NCBI GenBank assembly: GCA_021809845.1
Contig: JAJZJW010000003.1
Location: forward strand, 21,785 to 85,784
Direction of reading: 5' to 3'
DNA from: a bacterium
Lineage (GTDB): Bacteria > SZUA-79 > Acidulodesulfobacterales > Acidulodesulfobacteraceae
DNA length: 64,000 bases
The notes beneath the pieces were generated by a model. The model did no database searches and had not been told where the DNA came from. It saw only the letters and a list, made by a program, of their open reading frames with translations. The position numbers were made by a program, and so were the translations under genes. Shown piece by piece: positions 45,269 through 55,700 of this stretch. Numbering within the stretch: the first letter of the stretch is position 1; every line of letters begins with the position of its first letter.

Positions 45269-46522
45269 TTATTTCATGCTCATTACATAGTCAATAGTGT
45301 GCATCTGCCCTAATTGATTATAAGTTTTTTCGGATAAAACAATAGAGTTTTCAGTAATATCCATTATTCTTGCTCTGTTTACCCCCATAATAGAGCCTGA
45401 TGTTACTATATAAGACCTGCCATTAGGCGTTGAAACCATAGCATAATATTTTCCGTTTCTTTCCATTATGCCGACTATATGAAGGGACGACAAGCTATAT
45501 TGAAGCAGCGGCAGTTCAGCGTATTTAAAAGATATATTCGGTTTTTTTGTATATAAAAATGTTCTGAACGGATTTCTGGTTAAATTGTACGGATAAGGGT
45601 TTACTGTTAAATATTTACGCTTCAGCAACTCTATTTTTTGTGCCAAACTTTTTTTCTTAACATTATTAATATTCTTAATATTTTTAACATTCTTATTCTT
45701 ATTGTTCTTATTGTTTTTGCTGTTTTTGACGACTGAATTATTATTGTCATTATTGCCGTTAGCTGTTTTTCTTTCAATGTGTTTGTACTTATACTCGTAT
45801 TTTAGCCCTTTGCCTGACATTTTTGTCGCTGAGCCGCTGCCGGGCATAGATGACACATTGTTGTTTTTTATAGTTTTACCTTTTGCATTAACTTTATTAT
45901 TTTCATTACCGTGTTTTCTAGCGCCTGCATTAATATTTCCGATAGTTAACAATTTTGGCATAACGCCTATAAAAGAAAAGGTTGTACCTTCAAAACTCGC
46001 CGCTACGTTGTCTTTTGAAGTATTACCGGATATAGACACATTGTGAACATCCACAATTCTATTCATATCGGCAAGTTTGTAAAAAAAATTATACACATTA
46101 AAAAAAGACCCGCTTATACTCATTGAAAAAGGTACTGCTTCATAAAAACTCTTCGGAGCCACCTTTCCGGGTTTAAACATATCTAAATTTAAATGCAGAG
46201 CCTTAGCATAATTTGAAACTTCCATTAAAAGACCGGGTATATTCTTTTTAGAAGGTAGTTCAGTCAATAAACTTAAAAATTCTATTTCAAGTCCTTTCTG
46301 TTTTTTCACCAAAGCCGGATAAGTCCTAACTTCCGCCAAATAAGAAGTATATCTGGTTTTGACTATGCTAAGCGAAGATTTTTTTTGATTTAAAGAAGTC
46401 TCGAGCGGGGAAAAAAACATAAAATAATAAATAGCTAATAACGCGGCAAAAATAACTGTACCTGCAGCTATTCCTATGAATATTTTACTCTTAAAATTTA
46501 TATTTTTAATATTTAAGTCCAT
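45269..46522 (-). CDS. PilO-PilP fusion protein with Asn/Lys-rich linker
   Basis: N-terminal TM plus coiled coil plus PilO-like core (LPSKKNIPGLLMEVSNYAKALHLNLDMFKP). ~110-aa N/K linker. C-terminal PilP-like beta domain (LLQYSLSSLHIVGIMERNGKYYAMVSTPNGRSYIVTSGSIMG..ARIMDITENSIVL). Confidence 0.65.
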   Translation of the reverse strand: MDLNIKNINFKSKIFIGIAAGTVIFAALLAIYYFMFFSPLETSLNQKKSSLSIVKTRYTSYLAEVRTYPALVKKQKGLEIEFLSLLTELPSKKNIPGLLMEVSNYAKALHLNLDMFKPGKVAPKSFYEAVPFSMSISGSFFNVYNFFYKLADMNRIVDVHNVSISGNTSKDNVAASFEGTTFSFIGVMPKLLTIGNINAGARKHGNENNKVNAKGKTIKNNNVSSMPGSGSATKMSGKGLKYEYKYKHIERKTANGNNDNNNSVVKNSKNNKNNKNKNVKNIKNINNVKKKSLAQKIELLKRKYLTVNPYPYNLTRNPFRTFLYTKKPNISFKYAELPLLQYSLSSLHIVGIMERNGKYYAMVSTPNGRSYIVTSGSIMGVNRARIMDITENSIVLSEKTYNQLGQMHTIDYVMSMK

Positions 46523-46628
46523 ATTATTATTTGCCTATTTCAATTATGCCTGCTATTTTTTATTGCTCACCTGTTAGATTGATGTCATTTAATAACATTT
46601 ATAACATTTTTTTTATTATATTTTTAGA

Positions 46629-47213
46629 TTAAGGCCGTTTAACAACAGGTTTTTTATATTTGCTTTTCATAGTAAGACTAAAATTTTGTAAGCTTAAATC
46701 CTGTTTTTTAGTTTCAGCGGTCTGTATTAAGTTAATGGAATTAAAAAATCCGGTTTTCTTTATTTTTTTCATAAACATAGATACTACCTGACCGTCCAAG
46801 GCCACCCCGCTTATACTGATATTGCCATTATTAGATTTTAAAGAGTTTATCCATGCAAATTTTGGAATAGCGCTGGTAAGAGAAAAAGTATAGCCTATGG
46901 GTCCTTGCTGCTCTTTTTTTAATGTCCTGATGATATTAATTTTTTGAAGTATCTGGTTCTGAACTTTTCTTATCGCCGCCACTTTTTGTACTTTAGGCAT
47001 TAACATGGAGATTTTTGAATTATATGAAGCAATATTATCCGTTACATCATTTATTTTATTCTGAAGAAAAGACTGCATGGAATAAACTACTGCTGCTGCC
47101 GCTAATATCGGAACGATTATGTAAGGAATAAAAGAAATAACACTGCTTTTATCAACTTTCGGTTTGAATTTTTTGGATTTCTGTTTTTTATTTAGATTTA
47201 TTTTTATAATCAT
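46629..47213 (-). CDS. pilN: type IV pilus assembly protein PilN
   Basis: N-terminal IKINLNKK (INLL-type motif), single TM, position between pilM and pilO. ATGA overlap with pilM. Confidence 0.75.
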   Translation of the reverse strand: MIIKINLNKKQKSKKFKPKVDKSSVISFIPYIIVPILAAAAVVYSMQSFLQNKINDVTDNIASYNSKISMLMPKVQKVAAIRKVQNQILQKINIIRTLKKEQQGPIGYTFSLTSAIPKFAWINSLKSNNGNISISGVALDGQVVSMFMKKIKKTGFFNSINLIQTAETKKQDLSLQNFSLTMKSKYKKPVVKRP

Positions 47214-48280
47214 GGCTCTAATCCTCTCACTGCTAAACCGACTGCAACGCCGAACAGCGAATATTTAGATTCTATAAAACTTGTATCGGTTATATTATTA
47301 CCAAAAACAATTTTTCTGAATGGATTGATAATTGAAACAGGTATATTGAGTTTGGATTCTATATCTCCGGAAAGACCGGATAGCATAGCCGAGCCGCCGG
47401 TAAGAAATATTTTCTTAGGATACTGTTTATCGTTATTAGCCGCAAAATAGTCTATCGTTCTCTGTATCTCCGATGTTATTCTTGCAACAATCATATTTAT
47501 ATATATCATATAATTTGTTTTGAAATTTTCGTCTCTTTTTTCAATGCCGCCTGTTTTAACATTTTCAGCCTCATTAAAATCCATCTGAAATTTTTTTGCT
47601 ATTTCTTCGGTAATATTAACCCCGCCGATAGGTATATCCCTTCTAAATAAGTTAAAACCTTTATTTACGATATGAACATTGGTCTCGGTCGCTCCTACTT
47701 TTATAATGCCGGCAATCTGGTCCGTTTCTTCAGGATAATTAAAATTAAACATATTTTCCGTAGCTATGCAGTCAACATCAACTATAGGCGAATGCAAACC
47801 GCATTCATTCATTAAATCGACCCTGTCATTTATAATATCTTTTTTGCCGGCGATAATCATAATCAGATTGCTGCCTGCATCTGTGACAGAATCGCCCAAT
47901 ATTTCATAGTCAAAAGATACTTCCTTGATGTCGTAGGTTATATATTGCTGAGCCTCGTAAAAAATAGCGGAATCAAGTTCAGATTCTTTCATTTTAGGCA
48001 TATCTATATTTTTTATAATAACATGTTTGCATGGAATAGATATAACAACATTTTTGTCTTTCATACTGTGATTGGCAAAGGAACTTTTAATATATGAAAT
48101 TGCCGATGCATGGTCTTTCAAGAATCCATCGGAAACGATTTCAGATGGGAGGCTAATTAAATCGATTGAATCCAATATGTATTTGCTGCCTGTTTTAGAT
48201 AATTCCAATATTTTGATGGAACTGTAGCCTATATCTATGCCAACCATTTTTTTTGATGATAAATTAATTTTAAAACCCAT
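47210..48280 (-). CDS. pilM: type IV pilus assembly ATPase-fold protein PilM
   Basis: Actin-like fold motifs VGIDIGYSSIKILEL and FLTGGSAMLSGL. First gene of the pilMNOPQ string. Confidence 0.85.
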   Translation of the reverse strand: MGFKINLSSKKMVGIDIGYSSIKILELSKTGSKYILDSIDLISLPSEIVSDGFLKDHASAISYIKSSFANHSMKDKNVVISIPCKHVIIKNIDMPKMKESELDSAIFYEAQQYITYDIKEVSFDYEILGDSVTDAGSNLIMIIAGKKDIINDRVDLMNECGLHSPIVDVDCIATENMFNFNYPEETDQIAGIIKVGATETNVHIVNKGFNLFRRDIPIGGVNITEEIAKKFQMDFNEAENVKTGGIEKRDENFKTNYMIYINMIVARITSEIQRTIDYFAANNDKQYPKKIFLTGGSAMLSGLSGDIESKLNIPVSIINPFRKIVFGNNITDTSFIESKYSLFGVAVGLAVRGLEP

Positions 48281-48568
48281 CAGATATTTACCGTGTAAAA
48301 ATAATCGTTATTTAGTTATATACTGTACCATTGCCAAGACGTTTTTTTAGTTTTCTTAATTTTCTTACTTTCTTTAAATTTTAACAGATTTTCGGGTTCA
48401 TAGAATAAGAAACTTAAAAGTTCTGTTCAGATTTCTGGGTTCATTATATTATTTAGTTATTTATAATTATGATATTCATGCCACGACATTGCATAATTAA
48501 TAGTAATATGTAACATTATAACATAATTAATATTAATTAATTACAATATTGCATAATTAATCACAACA

Positions 48569-48800
48569 GTTATAAAAATAAAATAAGTTAAAACAATTGT
48601 CAAGTTATTTTTGCTATTCTTATTATTTTTTATTAAAATAACCACAGACTATATATAATTTTACCAATTTTACAATTTATTTAATTTAATAGGAAAATAA
48701 ACATTAATGGTTAGCATAGTTATAAAAATAAAATAAGTTAAAACAATTGTCAAGTTATTTTTGCTATTCTTATTATTTTTATTATTTTTTATTAAAATCA
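48569..48800. repeat. ~77-bp direct repeat x2 (150-bp spacing), each carrying a TTGACA-N17-TATTTT promoter-like motif on the minus strand
   Basis: AGTTATAAAAATAAAATAAGTTAAAACAATTGTCAAGTTATTTTTGCTATTCTTATTATTTTT occurs at ~48569-48645 and ~48718-48795. TGTCAA at 48598-48603 is TTGACA on the minus strand. Confidence 0.7.
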
Positions 48801-48824
48801 TTAAATATTACATATTCTAACTAA

Positions 48825-49075
48825 TATATATTTAAAAAATAATTCATTGTACTTTTCTTTATAATATATATATTTAAAAAATAATTCATTGTACTTTTCT
48901 TTATAATATATATATTTAAAAAATAATTCATTGTACTTTTCTTTATAATATATATATTTAAAAAATAATTCATTGTACTTTTCTTTATAATATATATATT
49001 TAAAAAATAATTCATTGTACTTTTCTTTATAATGTATATATTTAAAAAATAATTCATTGTACTTTTCTTTTTTTA
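48825..49075. repeat. 42-bp tandem repeat x6
   Basis: TTTAAAAAATAATTCATTGTACTTTTCTTTATAATATATATA repeated. It produces the spurious ORF 48821-49057 (MNYFLNIYIIKKST)n. Confidence 0.95.
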
Positions 49076-49190
49076 TTTTGAATTTTAAACAAAAATCATA
49101 TATGATATTTATTTTGAGTGGTTATCGTATGCATAAATATTTCTGAATGTTAAACTCGGCAAATTTGACTTATTTTATTAATAAATATTA

Positions 49191-50738
49191 ATGAATAAAA
49201 ATAAATTAATCGCAAATTCTTTATTCGGTTTCTTAATTGTTTTATTTATTTTCAGGGTTATCTTCATTACTCATATCGACCTAATTCCCGAAGAAACTTA
49301 TTACTGGCAATGGTCTCGGCATCTTTCGTTATCATATTACGATATGTCCCCCATGATTGCATATATTATAGCTTTAACCACTTTCTTCGGAAAATTTAAC
49401 TCTCAATTTTTTGTAAGATTGGGCGCTCCCATTATTTCACTTCTTATTTCTCTGTTTGTTTATATTATACTGCAAAAATTAACATCTAATAAAACATACA
49501 GTCTTGGCGCTGCAGTATTGCTCAATGTTATACCGATATTTAATATTGGTTCAATACTTATAGTTTACGGAGACGCTCAACTTTTATTTTTTTCACTTTC
49601 CATTTTTTTTTTAATTTATCTAATACTCTTTAAAAAAGATTATTATATTTATTTAATGGGAATAGCCGTCGGATTTGCTCTGTTAAGTAAATATACAGCA
49701 GTTTTTTTATACCCTATTGTTTTTTTATTTTTTCTAATCAGCAAAAATTATAGAAAATATTTATTAAGAAAAGAACCGTACATTGCTTTTTTAATATCTT
49801 TACTTTTGTTCTCGCCTGTAATTATATGGAATTATTTAAATGATTATGCATCATTAAGGCATTTATTTACCTTATCTGGAAGTCACGTAAATTTTTATGC
49901 ATTTATTCATAACCTGCTTTTATTTATTGGTTCTCAGGCAGGCATTTTTTCACCGTTTATTTTTATTATTTTAATATTTTCTGTGTTTTACGGTTTTTAT
50001 AAAGGTATAAAGAATAAAAACGATATTTATTTGGCACTTTCTATTTCAGCCCTTGTACCGTTTGTATATTTTATATACCAGTGTACAAAAACGGAAGTAC
50101 AGCCTAACTGGCCTGTTTTTTTATATTTTCCGTCATATATATTGGCAAGTCTATTATTCTTTAAATATTACAAAAATAAGCTAAAAGAAAATGTTTCAAG
50201 AAAACTTGCGGCTTTTGCATTATCTTTTTCTATTATTATCGGACTTTTATTTTCAGTATTAATTTTCATTGAGCCGTTCTATCCGATAATAAAATTTAAA
50301 TTAGACAAAAGCCCTGTGCGTGACGTTCTGGGATGGAGAAAATTAGCTTTTGACGTTGATAAAATTGTAGCGGCTGATAAAAAAGACAATTTTTTAATTT
50401 CGGCAAGAAGATTTCAGATAGCAAGCGAACTTGCCTACTATATGAAGGGGAGACCGGAAACATATTCTTTTAATTATTTTAAAAGAAATAATGAATACAG
50501 TTTATGGAATAATTTTAAAACAAAAAAAGGACAAAATTTCTTATATGTTATAGACACAAAATATGGCAAACATATAGAGAAGAAATTGTCCTCTAATTTT
50601 AAAAAATATAAACTGCTTAAAACAATAACTATACGCCATCAAAAACAGAAAGTCAGAACTGTAAAGATTTACGCTTTATACGATTTCCTCTATAAAAATA
50701 AATATTTATTTAAGGAATTCGCATCAAAAACATTCTAA
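49191..50738 (+). CDS. GT39/GT83-type (ArnT/PMT-like) polyprenyl-phosphate-dependent glycosyltransferase
   Basis: ~12 TM helices. N-terminal loop motif PEETYYWQWSRHLSLSYYDMSPMIAY (DE-x-YYW...W..Y.DHPP pattern). Confidence 0.75.
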   Translation: MNKNKLIANSLFGFLIVLFIFRVIFITHIDLIPEETYYWQWSRHLSLSYYDMSPMIAYIIALTTFFGKFNSQFFVRLGAPIISLLISLFVYIILQKLTSNKTYSLGAAVLLNVIPIFNIGSILIVYGDAQLLFFSLSIFFLIYLILFKKDYYIYLMGIAVGFALLSKYTAVFLYPIVFLFFLISKNYRKYLLRKEPYIAFLISLLLFSPVIIWNYLNDYASLRHLFTLSGSHVNFYAFIHNLLLFIGSQAGIFSPFIFIILIFSVFYGFYKGIKNKNDIYLALSISALVPFVYFIYQCTKTEVQPNWPVFLYFPSYILASLLFFKYYKNKLKENVSRKLAAFALSFSIIIGLLFSVLIFIEPFYPIIKFKLDKSPVRDVLGWRKLAFDVDKIVAADKKDNFLISARRFQIASELAYYMKGRPETYSFNYFKRNNEYSLWNNFKTKKGQNFLYVIDTKYGKHIEKKLSSNFKKYKLLKTITIRHQKQKVRTVKIYALYDFLYKNKYLFKEFASKTF

Positions 50739-50744
50739 CAGATT

Positions 50745-50965
50745 CAAATAGATTCAAAATATTTTTTATTAATATTATTTATATTATATTATTATTAATA
50801 TTATTTATTTTTCTTATTTTATTAGATTCAAAATATTTTTTATTAATATTTATTTATATTATATTATTATTAATATTATTTATTTTTCTTATTTTATTAG
50901 ATTCAGAATATTTTTTATTAATATTTATTTATTTTTTATTAGATTAAAATATTATTTATATTCTT
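50745..50965. repeat. ~75-bp tandem repeat x3
   Basis: AGATTCAAAATATTTTTTATTAATATT..ATTTATATTATATTATTATTAATATTATTTATTTTTCTTATTTTATT repeated. Confidence 0.9.
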
Positions 50966-50990
50966 TTATATATTTTTTTAATATTATTTA

Positions 50991-51368
50991 TCATTCAATT
51001 TCTGCCAAAACTTTCTCAAAAGCTTTCATATGTGCATTTTCTGCTCTTCCTACCATTTCGAACCATTTTGCAATTTCTTCCAGTCCTTCTTCACGAGCTT
51101 CCTTAGCCATTCGCGGATACATTTCACGCACTTCGTATTTTTCCCCTTCTATAGCTTTTTTTAAATTTTCCGGCGTAGTTTTTATACCGTTCATATGATT
51201 GAAATGGCCTAAAGCGTGAGCTGTTTCCCCTTCCGCTATTGACCTAAAAAGTTCAGCAACCTCAGGATAGCCTTCGGCATCAGCCTGTCTGGCCCATGCG
51301 GTGTATTTTCTGTTTGCCTGTGATTCGCCGGCAAATGCTTCTGTAAGATTTTTTTCTGTATTGGTCAT
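50991..51368 (-). CDS. rbr: erythrin/rubrerythrin-type di-iron protein (no rubredoxin domain)
   Basis: NLTEAFAGESQANRKY, EGETAHALGH, EGEKYE and AENAH supply the E..ExxH x2 ligands. Start set at the ATG (MTNTEK) after AGGTG; the ORF track extends to 51398. Confidence 0.8.
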   Translation of the reverse strand: MTNTEKNLTEAFAGESQANRKYTAWARQADAEGYPEVAELFRSIAEGETAHALGHFNHMNGIKTTPENLKKAIEGEKYEVREMYPRMAKEAREEGLEEIAKWFEMVGRAENAHMKAFEKVLAEIE

Positions 51369-51385
51369 AATTGGACACCTCACAT

Positions 51386-51650
51386 TTTTAAATTTCAAAT
51401 TTATTTTATATAAAATTACCCTTCTGTTTTAATAGTTCTAATGGGTTTGATATCATATCGCCAAATCGGACTTTGTTTTTAAATTTCAAATTTATTTTAT
51501 ATAAAATTACCCTTCTGTTTTAATAGTTCTAATGGGTTTGATATCATATCGCCAAATCGGACTTTGTTTTTAAATTTCAAATTTATTTTATATAAAATTA
51601 CCCTTCTGTTTTAATAGTTCTAATGGGTTTGATATCATATCGCTAAATTG
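51386..51650. repeat. 90-bp tandem repeat (~2.8 units) containing the 3' end of shdrB2
   Basis: Copies start at 51386, 51476 and 51566. The third holds the real stop (51588-51590) and ~20 terminal codons (..SDMISNPLELLKQKGNFI*). Confidence 0.9.
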
Positions 51651-52511
51651 AGCTTCTTTTTCGGAAAAACCGAAAGCCAGAGCCATCAGCTGTGTAAGAT
51701 ATACAACCGGAAGTTCGGAATCTTTACCAAATTTTTCAACAATTTTAGGCTGATTAACGTCTAAAGCACCCGCACATTTCGGACAGATAACCACCAAAAC
51801 ATCTGCTCCTGCTTTCTTTGCTTTAGAAAGCGTCTGAGAGCATAAAGCAAAAGATGTTTCTTCATCCTGAACCACATTTCTGCCTCCGCAACATTGAACT
51901 TCGTTGCCATACTGAACAACATCAGCTCCGATACTTTCAAGAAATTCATGCATAAAACGCGGTCTTTCAGAATTATCCATACCGGGTTTTTTATCTGTGA
52001 ACGTGTACATTGAAGGTCTCGAGTATAAACAGCCGTAATATGGAGCAACTTTTAACCCTTTTAACGGTTTAACCGTGTTTTTTTTGGCTTCGTCCGGTCC
52101 TTTCTCGTTGTATAAGAATTCTAAAATATGGCGTGCGTCGCCTTCAGGAACATATTCTTCCTCATCAGCTTCTTTTAAAATATAATTAACCTCATCAAGC
52201 AATTTTTTATCTTCTTTTGCCCGTTCAATTGACCTCGTGAATTCGTGATAGCAGACTGAACATGCCATAACAAGGTCTTTGCTTCCAAGTTCAGATTTTG
52301 CGATTACCATATTTCTAAGCGGCAGATATAAAGACACCGCTCCCTTAGATTTCATTTCTCCGATACCGCAGCAATTATAATCAGGTATATCAACCAATTC
52401 TATACCCATTTTTTTAGAAACTAATTTAGAGCTGTTGTTATAAGCTCTGTCAATCGTTAATAAAGCGCATCCCGGATAATAAGCAGCCTGATTTTCTTTT
52501 AAATTTCCCAT
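51588..52511 (-). CDS. hdrB2: sulfur-oxidation heterodisulfide reductase-like subunit B2 (two CCG domains)
   Basis: CCG motifs NCCGIGE and QCCGGRN. Last gene of the C1-B1-A-H-C2-B2 order. ATG preceded by GGTGG. Confidence 0.85.
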   Translation of the reverse strand: MGNLKENQAAYYPGCALLTIDRAYNNSSKLVSKKMGIELVDIPDYNCCGIGEMKSKGAVSLYLPLRNMVIAKSELGSKDLVMACSVCYHEFTRSIERAKEDKKLLDEVNYILKEADEEEYVPEGDARHILEFLYNEKGPDEAKKNTVKPLKGLKVAPYYGCLYSRPSMYTFTDKKPGMDNSERPRFMHEFLESIGADVVQYGNEVQCCGGRNVVQDEETSFALCSQTLSKAKKAGADVLVVICPKCAGALDVNQPKIVEKFGKDSELPVVYLTQLMALAFGFSEKEAQFSDMISNPLELLKQKGNFI

Positions 52512-52801
52512 TTTATATACCACCTTATTATTTTAGTTATTTTGATTTCTCTCAGATTACAATAATAATGTATTTAATAATTATTTAAAAGATTCTCGGA
52601 ACAACAATACAAGCTAAATAAGCTAAAAAAAAATTCGTATTGACTTAAGTATAATTTTATAATTATCAGCTCAGCTTAAATAGAATTTAATAATTATAAT
52701 TTAATAAATATCAGATTATTAACTCAAATAAAATTTAATAATTAATTGATTAATTTATTAAAATATATCTAAATTGCATTATAATTTTATTATATCTCGC
52801 A

Positions 52802-53584
52802 TTATATCATGCCTTCCTGTTCGAGAGTTCCGGTATGTTTTAGATAATTATCGATAGCATCCTTAGATTTATGCCATTTATGAGGTTTCCCGAGTCTCAA
52901 GACAGACAGCGCTCGTCCGTCTTTCATCATTTTAAAAATAGCGCCTCTTTCATCTTTATCGCTCAATAGTTCAGTAGTTTTCCCCATTTTCCTCATAGCC
53001 GATGTGTGAAGGTTCGCAAGGTCTAATCTGCCATGCCCTAGTATCATACCTTCATATATCGCCTTAACTTCTTCATCAATTTTCAGTTGATGTTTAGATT
53101 TAATTTCTTCAGGAAAATATCTTTTTATTAAAAGAGCTAATGCCTCCATCATTTCTGCCGGATTAACCTGTTTAGGACATCTTTGCGAACATTTATAACA
53201 CCCGACACATCGCCATGCAACATCTATATATTTTTTCAGCTGCTTTAGATTTCCGAGCTGCATCATGTATATAAATGCACGCGGATTAAATCTCCTGTAC
53301 AGAGGTGTTACAGTACAGCTTGCAGTACACATTCCACACTGCCAGCATCTGTTAATTCTCGAACCGACGACAGTTTTTTGAATTTCGTCAAAAAAACTTC
53401 TGTCAAATTCAGAATCCACTCTTGTTACTATAAACGTATTCCACCTGCCTGAAACATCGACACCGTCAATAACAAGATTTTTTTCTTCTTTTATCGCATC
53501 ATCATCTACCAGATGCCTTGCTATTATATGTTCGCCTTTTTCGGCAACGGGTCTTTCGCTATTTTTATTATGCTCTTCAGCCAT
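52802..53584 (-). CDS. hdrC2: sHdr subunit C2 (2x[4Fe-4S] ferredoxin-like)
   Basis: CWQCGMCTASCT and CVGCYKCSQRCP cluster motifs. Confidence 0.85.
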   Translation of the reverse strand: MAEEHNKNSERPVAEKGEHIIARHLVDDDAIKEEKNLVIDGVDVSGRWNTFIVTRVDSEFDRSFFDEIQKTVVGSRINRCWQCGMCTASCTVTPLYRRFNPRAFIYMMQLGNLKQLKKYIDVAWRCVGCYKCSQRCPKQVNPAEMMEALALLIKRYFPEEIKSKHQLKIDEEVKAIYEGMILGHGRLDLANLHTSAMRKMGKTTELLSDKDERGAIFKMMKDGRALSVLRLGKPHKWHKSKDAIDNYLKHTGTLEQEGMI

Positions 53585-53633
53585 AATGCCTCCAATCTGA
53601 TTTCAGTATTAATTTGATTTAAATTAAATACAA

Positions 53634-54362
53634 TCACAACTTTTCAATTCCAAGCAATTTTTTCATTAAGGTGTATCCATCGGGAACACCGACTGATAAA
53701 GACTTGGACTCCGCATAAACCATTTTAAAAACATAGTCCGCATACATATAAGCCATCAAAATATCGGCGCCGAACGGAGGCTCAATGTTGAATCCGTTTT
53801 TATATGAAAGTTCATATAAATAATTCGTCTCATCCCGCATTTCTCTTAAAGTAAACGGCATCACATAAGCTTTTCCGTCCCATGTTCTTTTTAAAAAATC
53901 CGCCATATAAGGCAGCGAACCTGTCCCGTTATCCGGTTTGTAAATCCATGTAGTCCACAAAATATTATTTTCAGGTTCGGCGAAATGCAAAATTTCAAAC
54001 GCAAGGTCTCTTTTGACTAATATATTGTCATAAGCAAAGACCTCAAGAAATTTGCCCACCTTTATTTCCTGAGATTTCTTTCCTTTAAAAACACTAAACG
54101 CCGCAATTAAGTTCTCGTCGCTTATTGTATCTAATATTTTTTTTTTATGCCTTCGTATAGAAAATACTAAAGATAAAATCTCTTCAAAATTCTGACTGTC
54201 TAAGTTTAAACTGTTGATAAAATTTTTTATTATGTCTGATTTTTTATCTAAAAGTTTATAGAGTTCATCCAATTTTTCATTACTTAAATTTTCTCTAATT
54301 ATCTCAAAAAATTTAGTTTCATATCTTGAATCTATTTTATTATTCTTTAGTATATACGGCAT
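53634..54362 (-). CDS. conserved hypothetical protein of sHdr clusters (sHdrH position)
   Basis: 242 aa, sitting between hdrA and hdrC2 exactly where the 'hyp' gene sits in described shdr operons. No motif recognised. Confidence 0.6.
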   Translation of the reverse strand: MPYILKNNKIDSRYETKFFEIIRENLSNEKLDELYKLLDKKSDIIKNFINSLNLDSQNFEEILSLVFSIRRHKKKILDTISDENLIAAFSVFKGKKSQEIKVGKFLEVFAYDNILVKRDLAFEILHFAEPENNILWTTWIYKPDNGTGSLPYMADFLKRTWDGKAYVMPFTLREMRDETNYLYELSYKNGFNIEPPFGADILMAYMYADYVFKMVYAESKSLSVGVPDGYTLMKKLLGIEKL

Positions 54363-54388
54363 AAAATTTTAATTTGAATTTCATTAGA

Positions 54389-55432
54389 TTAAGAATTTTT
54401 TTTAGCATATATATATGCCTTCATCGCAGCGGCTCCGCCTTCTACTATCGCGTCCGCTATGGCTTTAGGACCTGTGCATGCCCCCGCCAGAAAAATACCG
54501 TCTTTGTTTGATTTGAAAGGTGAAAGCGTGACGTTCGCCTGTTTCAGAAAGCCGTGTTCATCAAGCTCTATGCCAAGTTTTTCAGCCATTTCGGGAGACT
54601 GAGGTCCGCCTTCCATACCCGAAGCCAGCACTACCATATCAAACGGTATCTCAAAAGGACCCCTGAGCAGCGTATCTTCGCCCTTGCATATTACCGTATT
54701 GTCAGGTCCAGATGTAATTTCCGCAACTCTGCCTTTGACTATCTGAACATCGTGTTCTTCCATGGCTTCCCAGTATAAATCTTCATAAAACCCATATGTT
54801 CTAATATCCATGTAAAATATATAAACCTCCGTTTCAGGAAAATGTTCCCTCAGTTCTATAGCCTGTTTAACCGAAACGGTACAGCATACCCTTGAACAAT
54901 ATTGATTGCCGACGTGTCTGTCTCTTGAACCTACGCATAAAATTATCGCCACATTTTTAGGCGGTTTGCCGTTAGAAGGACGCGTGAAGTTTCCTTCGCC
55001 CATCATTCTTTCCAAATCTTTAATGTCTATAACATCGTCAAATAATTGATATGAATATTTTGAATCTTTGGCGGGGTCAAAGTGTTCAAAGCCTGTCGCT
55101 ACTATGACAGAATCAAATGTTTTGGTTTCGCTGCCCGCACTTGATTTTATAACGGCATTAAATTTTTTGCCGTCTTCCTTAAAACTTTCAATATTTGCCG
55201 AAAGATATTTTTTTATATTATTATTAGATTCAGCACGTTTGACCAGTTCGCCTATAACGTTATCCGCAGGCTGAAGGTCAGGAAATAAATATTTGTATTT
55301 AAATTTTTTCGGATTTCCTCCAAAAAAAGTATCCCTTTCCACTAAACTCACATTTACGCCCAATTCCGCAAGTTCGATAGCAGCATGAAGTCCGGCTGGA
55401 CCGCCGCCTATTACTAAAATGTTTTCAGCCAT
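54389..55432 (-). CDS. hdrA: sHdr subunit A (FAD- and [4Fe-4S]-binding flavoprotein)
   Basis: ILVIGGGPAGLHAA dinucleotide fold. CVGSRDRHVGNQYCSRVCC matches the HdrA cluster motif CxGxRDx6-8CSxxCC. Its ~347 aa is typical of the short sulfur-oxidiser HdrA. Confidence 0.9.
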   Translation of the reverse strand: MAENILVIGGGPAGLHAAIELAELGVNVSLVERDTFFGGNPKKFKYKYLFPDLQPADNVIGELVKRAESNNNIKKYLSANIESFKEDGKKFNAVIKSSAGSETKTFDSVIVATGFEHFDPAKDSKYSYQLFDDVIDIKDLERMMGEGNFTRPSNGKPPKNVAIILCVGSRDRHVGNQYCSRVCCTVSVKQAIELREHFPETEVYIFYMDIRTYGFYEDLYWEAMEEHDVQIVKGRVAEITSGPDNTVICKGEDTLLRGPFEIPFDMVVLASGMEGGPQSPEMAEKLGIELDEHGFLKQANVTLSPFKSNKDGIFLAGACTGPKAIADAIVEGGAAAMKAYIYAKKNS

Positions 55433-55700
55433 ATAGTGCCTCCTCTGTTTTAGAAATTAAGATATTTACATATTTACATGATGCATATCATATTAAAAAA
55501 ATATTAAATAAAAAATAAATTATATTAAATAATATTAAATAAAAAAATAATTGCAAGTTATAAAGTTATATATAACGTTTTAATTGCAAACTATAATGTC
55601 TTTTCAACTATATTAATTAATATTAATGTTTTGATATCTCTGTATTTCAATATTTCTAAAATATAGAATATAAAAATATTAACAAACATGCAATAAATCA

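Noticed and set aside
48821-49057. 78-aa ORF (MNYFLNIYIIKKST)n
   Set aside because: Generated by the 42-bp tandem repeat. Every unit supplies its own ATG, which is typical of a repeat artefact.
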